Source of the DNA: Planctomycetota bacterium
Lineage (GTDB): Bacteria; Planctomycetota; UBA1135; UBA2386
Assembly (NCBI GenBank): GCA_965223545.1
Contig: OZ245006.1
Span: forward strand, 3,456,001-3,520,000
Length of the DNA: 64,000 nucleotides
Reading direction: 5' to 3'
Part shown: positions 31,409 through 40,917 of the stretch, piece by piece
Position numbering within the stretch: the stretch's first letter is position 1
Layout: each line of letters starts with the position of its first letter
Notes under the pieces: model-generated
Told to the model about the DNA's origin: nothing
The model's input: the letters and a program-made list of their open reading frames with translations, nothing else
Databases searched by the model: none
Program-made: the position numbers and the translations under genes

Positions 31409-33997
31409 ATGCCGGGCGTGCTGCGACCCACGCTCATCGTTCTCACCGCTCTTGCGCCGGCGGCCTGTCAGCTACGAGAGACCGACCAGTCCAAAGCCAA
31501 ACCCCACCCGCGCGGCGCGCTCTGGCGGTGGCAGCAGCGCGGCGGACCGGACGGCGCCATTCCGCGTGATGGCCTGCTGCGCGCGGCGCGAATGCGGGAC
31601 GCGATGGTGCAGCTCGACAACGCGCCAGTGGGTGTGCGCTGGACGTGGCGCGGCCCCGGCAACATCGGCGGCCGGGTGCGCGCGATCCTGATCCACCCCA
31701 CCCAACACGACACGATGTGGGTCGGCAGTGCTGGCGGCGGTGTCTGGCACACGACCGATGGGGGCGCCAGCTGGCAACCGCAGAACGCGATGCTGCCGGT
31801 GTTGGGAATCGGCTGCATGGCGATGGATCCGACCGATCCCGACCGGCTGTACGCCGGCACCGGAGAGGGGTTCTTCGATACGCCGGCCGGCAGCAGCAAC
31901 CTCGCCGTGATGGCGGGCGCGGGCATCTTCACGTCAGCCGACGGCGGCGCCAGCTGGAACCAGCTGGCCTCGACCGCCGCGTGGCTCGCGGTCAACCGGA
32001 TCGCCATCGATCCCAACGACCCGCGGGTGCTGCTGGCGGCGACGACCGGCGGGTTGCGCCGCACCGCGGACGGGGGCACCACCTGGACGCTGGTCCACGC
32101 GGCCGACACGATGGACGTGCGCTTCCATCCGACCGACTCGAGTCGAGCGATCGCCGGTACCGGCACGGGCACCGCGTTGTTCTCCGGCGACGGCGGTCGC
32201 ACGTGGCAGCCGGCGGCGGGCATCGGCCGCGCCGTCCGCGTCGAGCTGCGCTACTGGGCAGGCAACCCGAACGTGGTCTACGCCGCGGTCAGCAACGCCG
32301 GCCGGATCCGGGTCTACCGCTCGAACGACGGCGGACAGACCTACGGCTTGCGCACGACGAGCACGGCGGAGTCGACCTACTCGCGTTACAACAACGTGCT
32401 GTGGGTGGACCCGACCAACGACCAGCGGCTGTTCGTCGGCGGCGTACGCATCTCGCGCAGCACCAACGGGGGCCAGAGCTTCACCCAAACGGTGAACGGC
32501 GGCTACTACGACTACCACGTCTTGGTCGAACACCCCGCGTTCAACGGCACGACCAACCGCACGCTGTTCTCTGGTAGCGACGGCGGAGTGCATCGCCTGG
32601 CGGACGTCGCGCAGTCGTCGCCAGCGTGGCGCGAGCTGAACAACAACCTCGGCATCAACCAGTTCTACGGCGCCGCCATCAATCCGATCAGCGACGTGAT
32701 CGTCGGCGGCACGCAAGACCAGGGCAACCTGCGCGACACCGGCGGCACCGAGAGCTGGGTCCGCCCCATCTTCGGCGATGGTGGCTTCGTCGCCACCGAT
32801 CCGACCGACGCGCGCTATTTCTGGGCGGAGACCCAAAACCTGTCGCTGTATCGCAGCAGCAACGGCGGCGGCAGCTTCTCGTTCTTCGGCAGCGGCATCT
32901 CGGAGCCCGACCCCAACTTCGTTTCTCCGATCGTTCTCGATCCCAGCGATCCGCGGCGGCTGTACGCGGGCGGCGCGCGGCTGTGGCGCACGACGAACGC
33001 CAAGGGCAGCAACCCGGCCTGGAGCTCGATCAAGGTCGCGGCGACGTGCACGACGAGGACCGCCGCCGCCACTCCATCGCACTTCGCCCTCGATCCGCCG
33101 TGCAACATCTCCGCCATCGCGGTGGCGCCCAGCGACCCCCGGCGCCTCTACGTCGGGCACAACGACGGCCAGCTGTGGACCACCGGCAACGGGCTCGACA
33201 ACCAGCCGCTCTGGACGCGCATCGACCGCGGGTTGCCCGATCGCTGGGTCGGCCGCATCACCGTCGATCCGGCGGATGCGCGCCGCGTGTACGTCGCCAT
33301 GATGGGCTACGCCCCCGACAACGTCTGGCGCAGCACCGACGCGGGTCAATCGTGGCAACGCATCAGTGGCGGCACCGGTGGTGCTCTGCCGGCAGCGCCA
33401 GTGAGCGGTCTCACCGTGCATCCGCAGACGCCCGGTCTGCTGTTCGCGGGCACCGACGTGGGCGTCTTCGTCACCGCCGATGACGGGACCAGCTGGCAAG
33501 CGATCGCCGGCGGTCCAGGCACGGTCTCGGTCGAAGAGTTGGTCTGGCGCGATGCCCGCACCCTCATGGCGGTGACGCACGGCAGGGGGATCTTCACCGG
33601 CACGCTCGACGGAGGGTCGGTGCGCGGCGTCGGCGCAGGCTGCGGCCAAACCCCTCCCACCCTGTCTGCCACGCCGCCGCGCTTGGGCTTGACGCAGTCC
33701 TACTCCGCGAACGGCGCGCCGCCGAGCAGCGCGACTCGGCTGCTGGTCGCGGCGGGGCCGGCGATGCCTACACCGGTCGGTACCTGCACCCTGTGGCCCG
33801 ACCTCGCGACACTCGTGGACCTGGACGGAGGCATCAGCACGGCCACTGGAACTTGGAGCACCGGTGTGGCCCTGCCGCCGGACCCGACCTTCTTGGGCCT
33901 GGTGCTGACGGCGCAGGCGGCGTTCGCAGCACCTGGTGGACCCGCGCTGGGAGCGGCCGAGGTCAGCAATGGCGTCGAGATGACCTTGGGGTTCTGA
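31409..33997 (+). CDS. Secreted BNR/Asp-box (VPS10/GH74-like) double beta-propeller protein
   Basis: WRGPGNIGGRV, many S/TxDGGxxW repeats, GGTQD, THGRG. Extra C-terminal Cys-paired domain. Confidence 0.82.
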   Translation: MPGVLRPTLIVLTALAPAACQLRETDQSKAKPHPRGALWRWQQRGGPDGAIPRDGLLRAARMRDAMVQLDNAPVGVRWTWRGPGNIGGRVRAILIHPTQHDTMWVGSAGGGVWHTTDGGASWQPQNAMLPVLGIGCMAMDPTDPDRLYAGTGEGFFDTPAGSSNLAVMAGAGIFTSADGGASWNQLASTAAWLAVNRIAIDPNDPRVLLAATTGGLRRTADGGTTWTLVHAADTMDVRFHPTDSSRAIAGTGTGTALFSGDGGRTWQPAAGIGRAVRVELRYWAGNPNVVYAAVSNAGRIRVYRSNDGGQTYGLRTTSTAESTYSRYNNVLWVDPTNDQRLFVGGVRISRSTNGGQSFTQTVNGGYYDYHVLVEHPAFNGTTNRTLFSGSDGGVHRLADVAQSSPAWRELNNNLGINQFYGAAINPISDVIVGGTQDQGNLRDTGGTESWVRPIFGDGGFVATDPTDARYFWAETQNLSLYRSSNGGGSFSFFGSGISEPDPNFVSPIVLDPSDPRRLYAGGARLWRTTNAKGSNPAWSSIKVAATCTTRTAAATPSHFALDPPCNISAIAVAPSDPRRLYVGHNDGQLWTTGNGLDNQPLWTRIDRGLPDRWVGRITVDPADARRVYVAMMGYAPDNVWRSTDAGQSWQRISGGTGGALPAAPVSGLTVHPQTPGLLFAGTDVGVFVTADDGTSWQAIAGGPGTVSVEELVWRDARTLMAVTHGRGIFTGTLDGGSVRGVGAGCGQTPPTLSATPPRLGLTQSYSANGAPPSSATRLLVAAGPAMPTPVGTCTLWPDLATLVDLDGGISTATGTWSTGVALPPDPTFLGLVLTAQAAFAAPGGPALGAAEVSNGVEMTLGF

Positions 33998-34004
33998 TGG
34001 CGGC

Positions 34005-34793
34005 ATGAACGCCCGCCAAACGCTCGCCGGCTGCCTGCTCGGCGTGCTCCTCGCGACCGCCTGCCAAACACGACCCGGAATCCTGGTGCCCGCCGCACCG
34101 CAGCGACCGACGTTTTCGTCCGATCCGAAGACGACGGTCGAGGGTTCTGCCGAACTCGAAGCGGGCGTGGCCTTCGACCCCGGGGATCGCTTCTCCGCCC
34201 CGGCGCTGATCAAGTGGGGTGTGTCGCCGACAGCGGAGCTGTTTGCCGGCTTCTCCCCGTACGAACGCGTGATCCAGGATGGCGACGATCCGGATGGCAT
34301 CGGCGATCTGTTGATCGGCACCAAGCACCAGCTGTTGGCGGAGACCGAGAGCCAGCCCGCGGTCGCCGTCTTGGTGCAGACCAAGCTGCCGACCGCACGC
34401 AGCGGTCAGCTGGGCACCGGCGAGATCGACTTCGCCGCCGCCGCCACCGCCAGCAAGACGTTCGACGACTTCACCGGCGTCGCCTACTACCAGCTCGGCG
34501 TGCTCGGCCAACCCGGCGCCGCGGACACCGAGATCGAGCACGGCTTGGCGGCTGCGCTCTCGGTGCCTTTGTGGGACCCGCGCTGGACCGGCTTCGGCGA
34601 GACCGCGCTGCGCATCCGACCGGAGACCGACATGGAAATGGCGGTGCTCACCGGCGGCCTGAACTACGCGATCGACGAGGGCATGATCTTCGACGCTGCC
34701 CTCGCGGTCGGCCTCGACGACGACAGCCCCGACTTGGTGCTGCTGTTCGGCGTGACCTACAACTTCGGCCGCTGGACACCGGTTACACCATAG
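34005..34793 (+). CDS. Putative outer-membrane beta-barrel (MetA-pathway/phenol-degradation 'transporter' family)
   Basis: Signal peptide, RPTFS, GIGDLLIGTK, KLPTA, terminal GVTYNF strand. Confidence 0.65.
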   Translation: MNARQTLAGCLLGVLLATACQTRPGILVPAAPQRPTFSSDPKTTVEGSAELEAGVAFDPGDRFSAPALIKWGVSPTAELFAGFSPYERVIQDGDDPDGIGDLLIGTKHQLLAETESQPAVAVLVQTKLPTARSGQLGTGEIDFAAAATASKTFDDFTGVAYYQLGVLGQPGAADTEIEHGLAAALSVPLWDPRWTGFGETALRIRPETDMEMAVLTGGLNYAIDEGMIFDAALAVGLDDDSPDLVLLFGVTYNFGRWTPVTP

Positions 34794-34794
34794 G

Positions 34795-35730
34795 TTGGCG
34801 ACCACCGACGCGCTGACGGCATACCTCGCGCCGCAGGGCCGCCTCACCGAGTTGCTCGCCGAGCTGGGGTCCGACCGAGTGCTCGAGGTGCACGACCACT
34901 TGGTGTTGGCGCGCGGAGCACCGGTCCGCGTCGCGTGGGTGCGCAACATCTGGCACGACCCGGTGCGCATCTCGTTCGCCTCGATCAACGACGCGGCGCG
35001 GGCACTGCGGGACCTGCAGCGCAATTGGGTGGGATACTCGACCGCCCATCACCGCCGCGCGGCCTTGATCCAAAGCAAGCTGCCACACGTTTCGGCAAAG
35101 CCGCTGGTGTTTCCCGCACCCCCGCCATCGGCTCCCCTCGGGTCGTGGACCCTCCTCGGGCGCGACACCCTGCTCGCCTCGACCCGCTGCAGCAGCGCGT
35201 TTCCCAACGGTGAGGTCCGCTTCGTCGAGGATCGGCGGGGCCCGCCCAACCGCGCCTATCTCAAGCTGTGGGAAGCCCTGACGCTGCTCGGGCAGCGGCC
35301 CAGCGCCGGCCAGCACTGCGTCGACCTCGGCGCCGCGCCGGGTGGCTGGACCTGGGTCTTGCAGTCGCTCGGCGCGCGCGTCACGGCCATCGACAAGGCT
35401 GCATTGGACGCGGACGTCGCCGCCCTGCCCGGCGTCGAGCAACAACGGCAGAGCGCGTTTGCCGTTCCACCCGACTCGTTGGGCACGGTCGACTGGCTGG
35501 TCGCCGACATTGCGTGCTACCCCGAGCGCTTGCTGCGCCTGGTGCACCGCTGGCGCGAGGCGGGCACCTGCGACCGCTTCGTCTGCACCCTCAAGTTCCA
35601 GGGGGCAACCGACCACGAGGTCACCCGACGTTTCGCCGCTATCCCGCGCAGTGCGCTGCACCACCTGAGCCACAACAAACACGAGCTCACCTGGACGCTA
35701 CTGCCCGAGGAAGAGAGGGCGGGGGCTTGA
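34795..35730 (+). CDS. FtsJ/RlmM-like rRNA 2'-O-methyltransferase
   Basis: PNRAYLKLWEAL, VDLGAAPGGWT, DWLVAD, TLK, HNKHELT. Confidence 0.8.
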   Translation: MATTDALTAYLAPQGRLTELLAELGSDRVLEVHDHLVLARGAPVRVAWVRNIWHDPVRISFASINDAARALRDLQRNWVGYSTAHHRRAALIQSKLPHVSAKPLVFPAPPPSAPLGSWTLLGRDTLLASTRCSSAFPNGEVRFVEDRRGPPNRAYLKLWEALTLLGQRPSAGQHCVDLGAAPGGWTWVLQSLGARVTAIDKAALDADVAALPGVEQQRQSAFAVPPDSLGTVDWLVADIACYPERLLRLVHRWREAGTCDRFVCTLKFQGATDHEVTRRFAAIPRSALHHLSHNKHELTWTLLPEEERAGA

Positions 35731-35746
35731 CGGCCTCGCTGCCCTG

Positions 35747-37705
35747 TCAACGACCCTGGCCCGTGGGTCGCGCAGCGGGTTTGGAGGACTGCAAGACCAA
35801 GTGCTGGCCCGCCACCGCGCGCGTCGTCTCGGCGTGACCCGAGGGCCACTCCACCCGGACGTCCACGGCCGATCGCGCGCCGATGCCGAAGTGCAGCGGC
35901 AGGACCGAGCTCGAGAAGCGCCCGGTCGTCCCCAAGCACTGTTGGGTCAGCTGCCAGTCCCCGTCGCGCACCGTCACCCGCGCGCCGCGAGCCTGTCGGT
36001 TGCCGGGCGGACCCTGCAGTGTGACCGCGATCGATGCTCCTCCGCTGGTGTCGTTGCGCCATAGGACGTAGGGGCCGACGCCGTACGGACGCGGACCGTG
36101 CCCGTTGGTGCTGAACAAGTCGAGGTCGCCGTCGCGGTCGAAATCGAACGCCAAGATGGTCGCCGCCCGCCCACTCGTCGGGCCCGCCAACCCGACCTTG
36201 TCGGTGACCTCGACGAACGTGCCGTCGCCGAGGTTCTCGTAGGCGACGTTGGCGGCATTGCGGTGCACGGCCCCGCCGTTCACGACGTAGAGATCCAAGT
36301 CGCCGTCGTTGTCGAGATCCGCGAACACACCATCCGTCCCGTAGCCGGCATCGCCGACGCCCGCCGACGCCGTCACGTCGACGAGAACCCCGTCGCGGTT
36401 CTCCAACAGCCGGTTGTGGAAGCCGTCGCCGCCTCGAGGACGTTCGGGAGGACGCTCCTGATCGAGCAACTCCAGCCCCCCGGTCGCGCGCAGCTCGCCG
36501 CCGACCAAGCCCATTACGACCTGCCCGACGATCTCCACGACGAGCGCACCTTCGTCATTGCGCCACAGGTAGACCCCGACGTCGGTCTCGGCATCGACCT
36601 GCGGATCGCCGGCCAGCGCCGGATCGCCCACATCGACGACCACCGGCAGTGAGTCGACGCGGCGCCGCTCGCCGCCCAACCGCAACCGGTGCGGCCGCCG
36701 GCGCTCGGCGACGTACAGATCGAGGGTGATCGCGCCTTCCGCCCGGCAACGAAATCCGTAATCCGTTCCGCGGCGATGCACCGGGTAGTGCATGGCCAGG
36801 GTCCCATCGACGACCTCGGCGCCACGAGGTGCGAGCTGGGGCCCGATCACCTGATAGACGTCGGTGTCTCCGTCATTGTCGTAGTCGCCGAGCACGAGCG
36901 AAGAGACTGCCCAGTCGGCACGCAGCCCGAGTGCCGAGGAGACATCGACGAGCTCGCCCTGGTCACCGCGGCGATACGCCTTTCCCGCGTCCTTGCCCAC
37001 GGCCGAGGTGAGGTAGACCGGCTCGCTGCCGGCTGCGAGTTGAGCCGCCACGACACTTTCGGCCCGCACGCGATGCCAGCCGACTGCCGCTCCGGCGTCG
37101 ACGAAGTTCGCTGCTCGCCGCAGCGCAATGCGCCCGCCCTGTCCGGCCTCGACTTGCGTCGTCAAGAGCAGATCGACGAGGCCGTCCCCGTCGACGTCGG
37201 CCGGACAGGCGTGGCGCCCGCGCCCATCGGCATGCGCCAACGTCTCGTTCAGCTGGATCGGCTCGAACGTCCCATCGCCGGCGTTGCGATACGCCCGGTT
37301 CGGTCGACCACCGCGCCCGCGGTTGCCTCCGGTCGACAACAGCAAGTCGAGCCAGCCGTCATCGTCGAGGTCGAACCAGGTGATGCCGTGCGTGTCCCCG
37401 CGCGGAAAGCGGCCGGCGTGTTGCTCGGCGAAGGAACCGTCGCCGAGGTTGCGGTAGAGGGCCGCTTCCGGCTCGTGATTGCTGATCATCAAGTCGGGCC
37501 AACCGTCCTGGTCGTAGTCGGCCGCAGCCACCGCATAGCTGCGGGCGATCCGCGCCAAGCCGGCTTGGTCGGTCACATCGCGAAAAACCCACGCACGCGA
37601 GCACAGCGGTGAAGCAGCCGCGACTGGCGGCGCCTGCGATCGCCCCACTCCGGCCATGGCGACGACCCCAACGACGCAGACGATGGTGCATGAACGAGAC
37701 TTCAT
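35747..37705 (-). CDS. CRTAC1-like FG-GAP repeat protein with ASPIC/UnbV domain
   Basis: Repeated DxDxDGxxD motifs. C-terminal GARVTV...LHFGIG...VEWPSG. Confidence 0.85.
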   Translation of the reverse strand: MKSRSCTIVCVVGVVAMAGVGRSQAPPVAAASPLCSRAWVFRDVTDQAGLARIARSYAVAAADYDQDGWPDLMISNHEPEAALYRNLGDGSFAEQHAGRFPRGDTHGITWFDLDDDGWLDLLLSTGGNRGRGGRPNRAYRNAGDGTFEPIQLNETLAHADGRGRHACPADVDGDGLVDLLLTTQVEAGQGGRIALRRAANFVDAGAAVGWHRVRAESVVAAQLAAGSEPVYLTSAVGKDAGKAYRRGDQGELVDVSSALGLRADWAVSSLVLGDYDNDGDTDVYQVIGPQLAPRGAEVVDGTLAMHYPVHRRGTDYGFRCRAEGAITLDLYVAERRRPHRLRLGGERRRVDSLPVVVDVGDPALAGDPQVDAETDVGVYLWRNDEGALVVEIVGQVVMGLVGGELRATGGLELLDQERPPERPRGGDGFHNRLLENRDGVLVDVTASAGVGDAGYGTDGVFADLDNDGDLDLYVVNGGAVHRNAANVAYENLGDGTFVEVTDKVGLAGPTSGRAATILAFDFDRDGDLDLFSTNGHGPRPYGVGPYVLWRNDTSGGASIAVTLQGPPGNRQARGARVTVRDGDWQLTQQCLGTTGRFSSSVLPLHFGIGARSAVDVRVEWPSGHAETTRAVAGQHLVLQSSKPAARPTGQGR

Positions 37706-37793
37706 CGATCCCCACCCGGGAGCCAGAAAACTACTCTGCCTTCGTTCCCCCGAGTGCACCACGCCGTCCCGCCATTTTCCTGACCGGTACGGC

Positions 37794-37816
37794 GGTACGG
37801 AGCCTGGCTCCGTACC
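37794..37816. repeat. Short palindrome related to the REP-like element
   Basis: ggtacggagcc-t-ggctccgtacc, 11-bp arms sharing the gtacggag terminus. Confidence 0.6.
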
Positions 37817-37833
37817 CACCACCTGGCGCGGGT

Positions 37834-39600
37834 TCACTGGCTTGTGGGTCGGACCTCAACTTGGTGTGCGCCGCGGGTCGGTTCGGGGCCCCGCAGCTCT
37901 GCGACGAGGTCCATGCCTCCTTCCGCGAGGGGGAGCGCGTCGATCCGGGCGGCGCGTTGCCCCGGTCGCAGGGGGAGGCGGCGTTCTGCATCGCCGCAGT
38001 GCACGGCCAGCTCCGTTCCCTCGGCCACGGGCGCGAAGCGAAGGTCGAGTTGGTAGCTCCCGGCGCGGGCGACGCGCAGCCGCCACCGGCCGCGGTCGTG
38101 CCGGCGGTTGCTGACGCGCCAATCCTGCCGCGTCAGCACGACCACCGGCACGTCCATGCCAATGACGATTCGCGGTGGGCCGGCGGGGCGAGTTTGCGTG
38201 ACGTCGGTGAACCACGCGCGATAGGCCGCACGCAGGCGAGCCACGGTGGCGGGCAGGTCACCCGCCAAGTCGCGCTGTTCGTAGGGGTCGGTCTGCAGAT
38301 CGTAGAGCTCGAAGGGCGCGCCGGGCTCGGGCTGCTGGCGGCCGAAACCGCTCGGCCGCACCAGCTTCCAGCGCGGACCAATCACGGCAATGTGGTGCTC
38401 GGCGTGCGGGCGGTCGCCGCGGTGCGCCTGGATGAAGATGTGCCGGGGCGGCAGCGGCGCGCCATCGCGCAGCGCCGGTAGCAAGCTGACCCCATCGAGC
38501 CGCAAGCGGGATGGCGGCGCGACGCCGCATGCGTCGAGGATCGTCGGCGCGATGTCGATGTAAGCCCCCACGGCCGAACGCACCGGACCGGCGGGCAGCG
38601 CCGCCGGCCAGCGAGCGAACAGGGGAGAGCGCACACCACCTTCCCAGACCTCGGTCTTCATTCCCCGGTAGCCAGCGACGTAGCGGCGGCCGTTGGGCCC
38701 GTTGTCGACCATGAACAGCACCAAGGTGTCGGCGGCGACGCCGAGGGCGTCCAGCCGCGCCAACAGACGACCGACGTTCTCGTCGATGTTCTCGATCATC
38801 GCGAAGATCCGCGCCCGGCGATCGACGTCGGCCGCCGCGGGCAGCGCGTGCCCGGCGTCCTGCGGGAAGCGCGCGTTCTCGAGCGCGCGCTCGCGATAGG
38901 CGGAATAGAGCGACTCCGGAACGTCGTCGAACGGGCCGTGCGGACAGTTCGGCGCGACGTAGGCGAAGAACGGCCGGCGGCGCTGCACTTGGCGCTCGAT
39001 CCAGTCTCCCGCTCGATCGAAGTAGACGTCGGTGCAATACCCCTCGGTCGGCGTCGGCTCACCGTTGTGGAACAGGACCGCATCGGTGTAGCGGCCTTCG
39101 GCGCCCGCCGGATCGGAAGACTGGCCGATGCCCCCGCCGCGGTGCACCCACGCCTCTTCGAAGCCCTGGTCGATCGACCGCATCGGCGGACAGTCGCCCA
39201 GATGCCATTTGCCGAAAATGCCGGTCGCCCAGCCGGCGCCGCGCAGGAGCTCGGCGACGGTGATCTCGCCGGGGTCCATCATCGCCCGGCCGATGTAGGT
39301 GTCGACGACGCGAGTGCGGTAGTGATACCGACCGGTCATCAGGCCGGCACGGGTCGGCGCGCACACCGGGCATACGTAGAAGCGCGACAAGCGCGTGCCG
39401 TCGGCAGCCAGCGCATCCAGGTTCGGCGTGCGCAACACCGGATTGCCGTGCACTCCGAAGTCGCCGTAGCCCTGGTCGTCCGTCATGATCAACACGACGT
39501 TCGGGCGTGCCGCCGGTGGCTGGCATTCGACCGCATGCAACAACGGCAAGGGGAGAGCCGGAGGAACCGACGAGAGAGCCACCAACGCGATCGCGAACAT
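37834..39600 (-). CDS. Arylsulfatase (formylglycine-dependent)
   Basis: RPNVVLIMTDDQG, CAPTRAGLMTG, GKWHLG, DNG, EGGVRSP. Confidence 0.93.
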   Translation of the reverse strand: MFAIALVALSSVPPALPLPLLHAVECQPPAARPNVVLIMTDDQGYGDFGVHGNPVLRTPNLDALAADGTRLSRFYVCPVCAPTRAGLMTGRYHYRTRVVDTYIGRAMMDPGEITVAELLRGAGWATGIFGKWHLGDCPPMRSIDQGFEEAWVHRGGGIGQSSDPAGAEGRYTDAVLFHNGEPTPTEGYCTDVYFDRAGDWIERQVQRRRPFFAYVAPNCPHGPFDDVPESLYSAYRERALENARFPQDAGHALPAAADVDRRARIFAMIENIDENVGRLLARLDALGVAADTLVLFMVDNGPNGRRYVAGYRGMKTEVWEGGVRSPLFARWPAALPAGPVRSAVGAYIDIAPTILDACGVAPPSRLRLDGVSLLPALRDGAPLPPRHIFIQAHRGDRPHAEHHIAVIGPRWKLVRPSGFGRQQPEPGAPFELYDLQTDPYEQRDLAGDLPATVARLRAAYRAWFTDVTQTRPAGPPRIVIGMDVPVVVLTRQDWRVSNRRHDRGRWRLRVARAGSYQLDLRFAPVAEGTELAVHCGDAERRLPLRPGQRAARIDALPLAEGGMDLVAELRGPEPTRGAHQVEVRPTSQ

Positions 39601-39636
39601 CCCGCGCCGATCATACGCGACCGACGCGCAGCGCCT

Positions 39637-40785
39637 TCACCGCGACAGGGCGACGACCACGGCACTCACCGGCGGTTCGCACGCACCCTCGACGCTCACC
39701 CGCACGCCGTGTTGCGCCAGCTGCCGAAACGGGCTGCCGTCCGCGTCGAGCGCAACGGCCGGATGGCTCGGCCGCAAACCGAAGCGCAGCGCCTGTCGCT
39801 GCGCGCGCTCGTCCTGCAAGAACTGCAAGAACGCGCGCGCCCCGCGCCGCGCATCATCGCCACTCCACGGCACGTCGAGGACGCAGTACGGATGGTCGAC
39901 CCACAGGTTGGCCGCGGGGTACTGCACCGACAGCGGGCCCCAGCGGTCCGCCGCTGCGCGGATCGATTCGATCGCCAAGCTCTCGAAGGTCAGGATGGCA
40001 TCGTACGCGCTCGGACCGCGCTGCAGCATCGCCCGCGTCAGCGCCGCCGTGCTCGGTGCCAGCTCCGCACGCGGACTCCAGCGCTCACAGCGCGCCGCTC
40101 GCCAAATCGTCTCCGCCGCGACCAGATCTTGCTCGGTGAGCGCGGTGGTGCGACCCAACCCCGCGTGCACCATCAACAACCTGGCGATCAGTCCTCCGTC
40201 GGCGCGCGCCGGATCGGCGTACCCGAACTTGAACCGCCCCCACTCGGTGGAGCTCTTCGCCATGGCCGCCAGGTCGACCGGCGCATCCGCCAGCGCCGCC
40301 CGGCGGGCCTCCCAAATCACCAGCACCACAACCGACTGCGCCAAGTAGCCGGACTCGAGCACGAGCTCGGTGCCGTGCCGTTTGCGCCAGGCTCGCTCGA
40401 GCGAGGCGCGATACACGCTGCTGCTGGGCGCCCAAACGTGGATCGGCTCGTCCCCCGGTCCGGCCAACACTTGCTCTGCCGCCACCAACGACCCGTCTTC
40501 GACCAGGTCGATGCGAAGCTCCGCTCCCGCGGCGGACGCCTCGAACGCGCGCGCGGCCCAGTTCATCCATGCGGACTTGCCGCTGCCCATCGCGATGCGT
40601 AACACCGTCGCGCGCGTGCCGATCCGCTCGACTGGAGGAGCGACTGGCTCCACAGCATCCCGCGGTGTCGCCCTCCCCGCCGGCACCCCCGGCGCCATCC
40701 ACAGGAAGACGTTGGCCGCGACGAGCAACAACAACGCGATGACGACGATCGCACCGACACCACGCGCTGGATGGGGATCTGCCAT
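39637..40785 (-). CDS. Membrane-anchored extracellular solute-binding (PBP-II) domain protein
   Basis: N-terminal TM helix. VWAPSSS, FKFGYADP, GPSAYDA, DHPY, FGLRP. Paralogous to the N-terminal part of the adjacent gene. Confidence 0.75.
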   Translation of the reverse strand: MADPHPARGVGAIVVIALLLLVAANVFLWMAPGVPAGRATPRDAVEPVAPPVERIGTRATVLRIAMGSGKSAWMNWAARAFEASAAGAELRIDLVEDGSLVAAEQVLAGPGDEPIHVWAPSSSVYRASLERAWRKRHGTELVLESGYLAQSVVVLVIWEARRAALADAPVDLAAMAKSSTEWGRFKFGYADPARADGGLIARLLMVHAGLGRTTALTEQDLVAAETIWRAARCERWSPRAELAPSTAALTRAMLQRGPSAYDAILTFESLAIESIRAAADRWGPLSVQYPAANLWVDHPYCVLDVPWSGDDARRGARAFLQFLQDERAQRQALRFGLRPSHPAVALDADGSPFRQLAQHGVRVSVEGACEPPVSAVVVALSR

Positions 40786-40825
40786 TGCCGCATCGAGGGT
40801 ACGGTGTCAGCCAAGCGTTCGCGCG

Positions 40826-40917
40826 GAACGTACGGAGTCAGGCTCGATTTTCTCGCTTGGCGGCGGTGCTTCCGCACCGCCGCCAAGCGAGAAAATCGAG
40901 CCTGACTCCGTACGTTC
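40826..40917. repeat. Perfect inverted repeat, 44-bp arms, 4-nt loop (REP/MITE-like)
   Basis: 40826-40869 is the exact reverse complement of 40874-40917. Confidence 0.95.
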
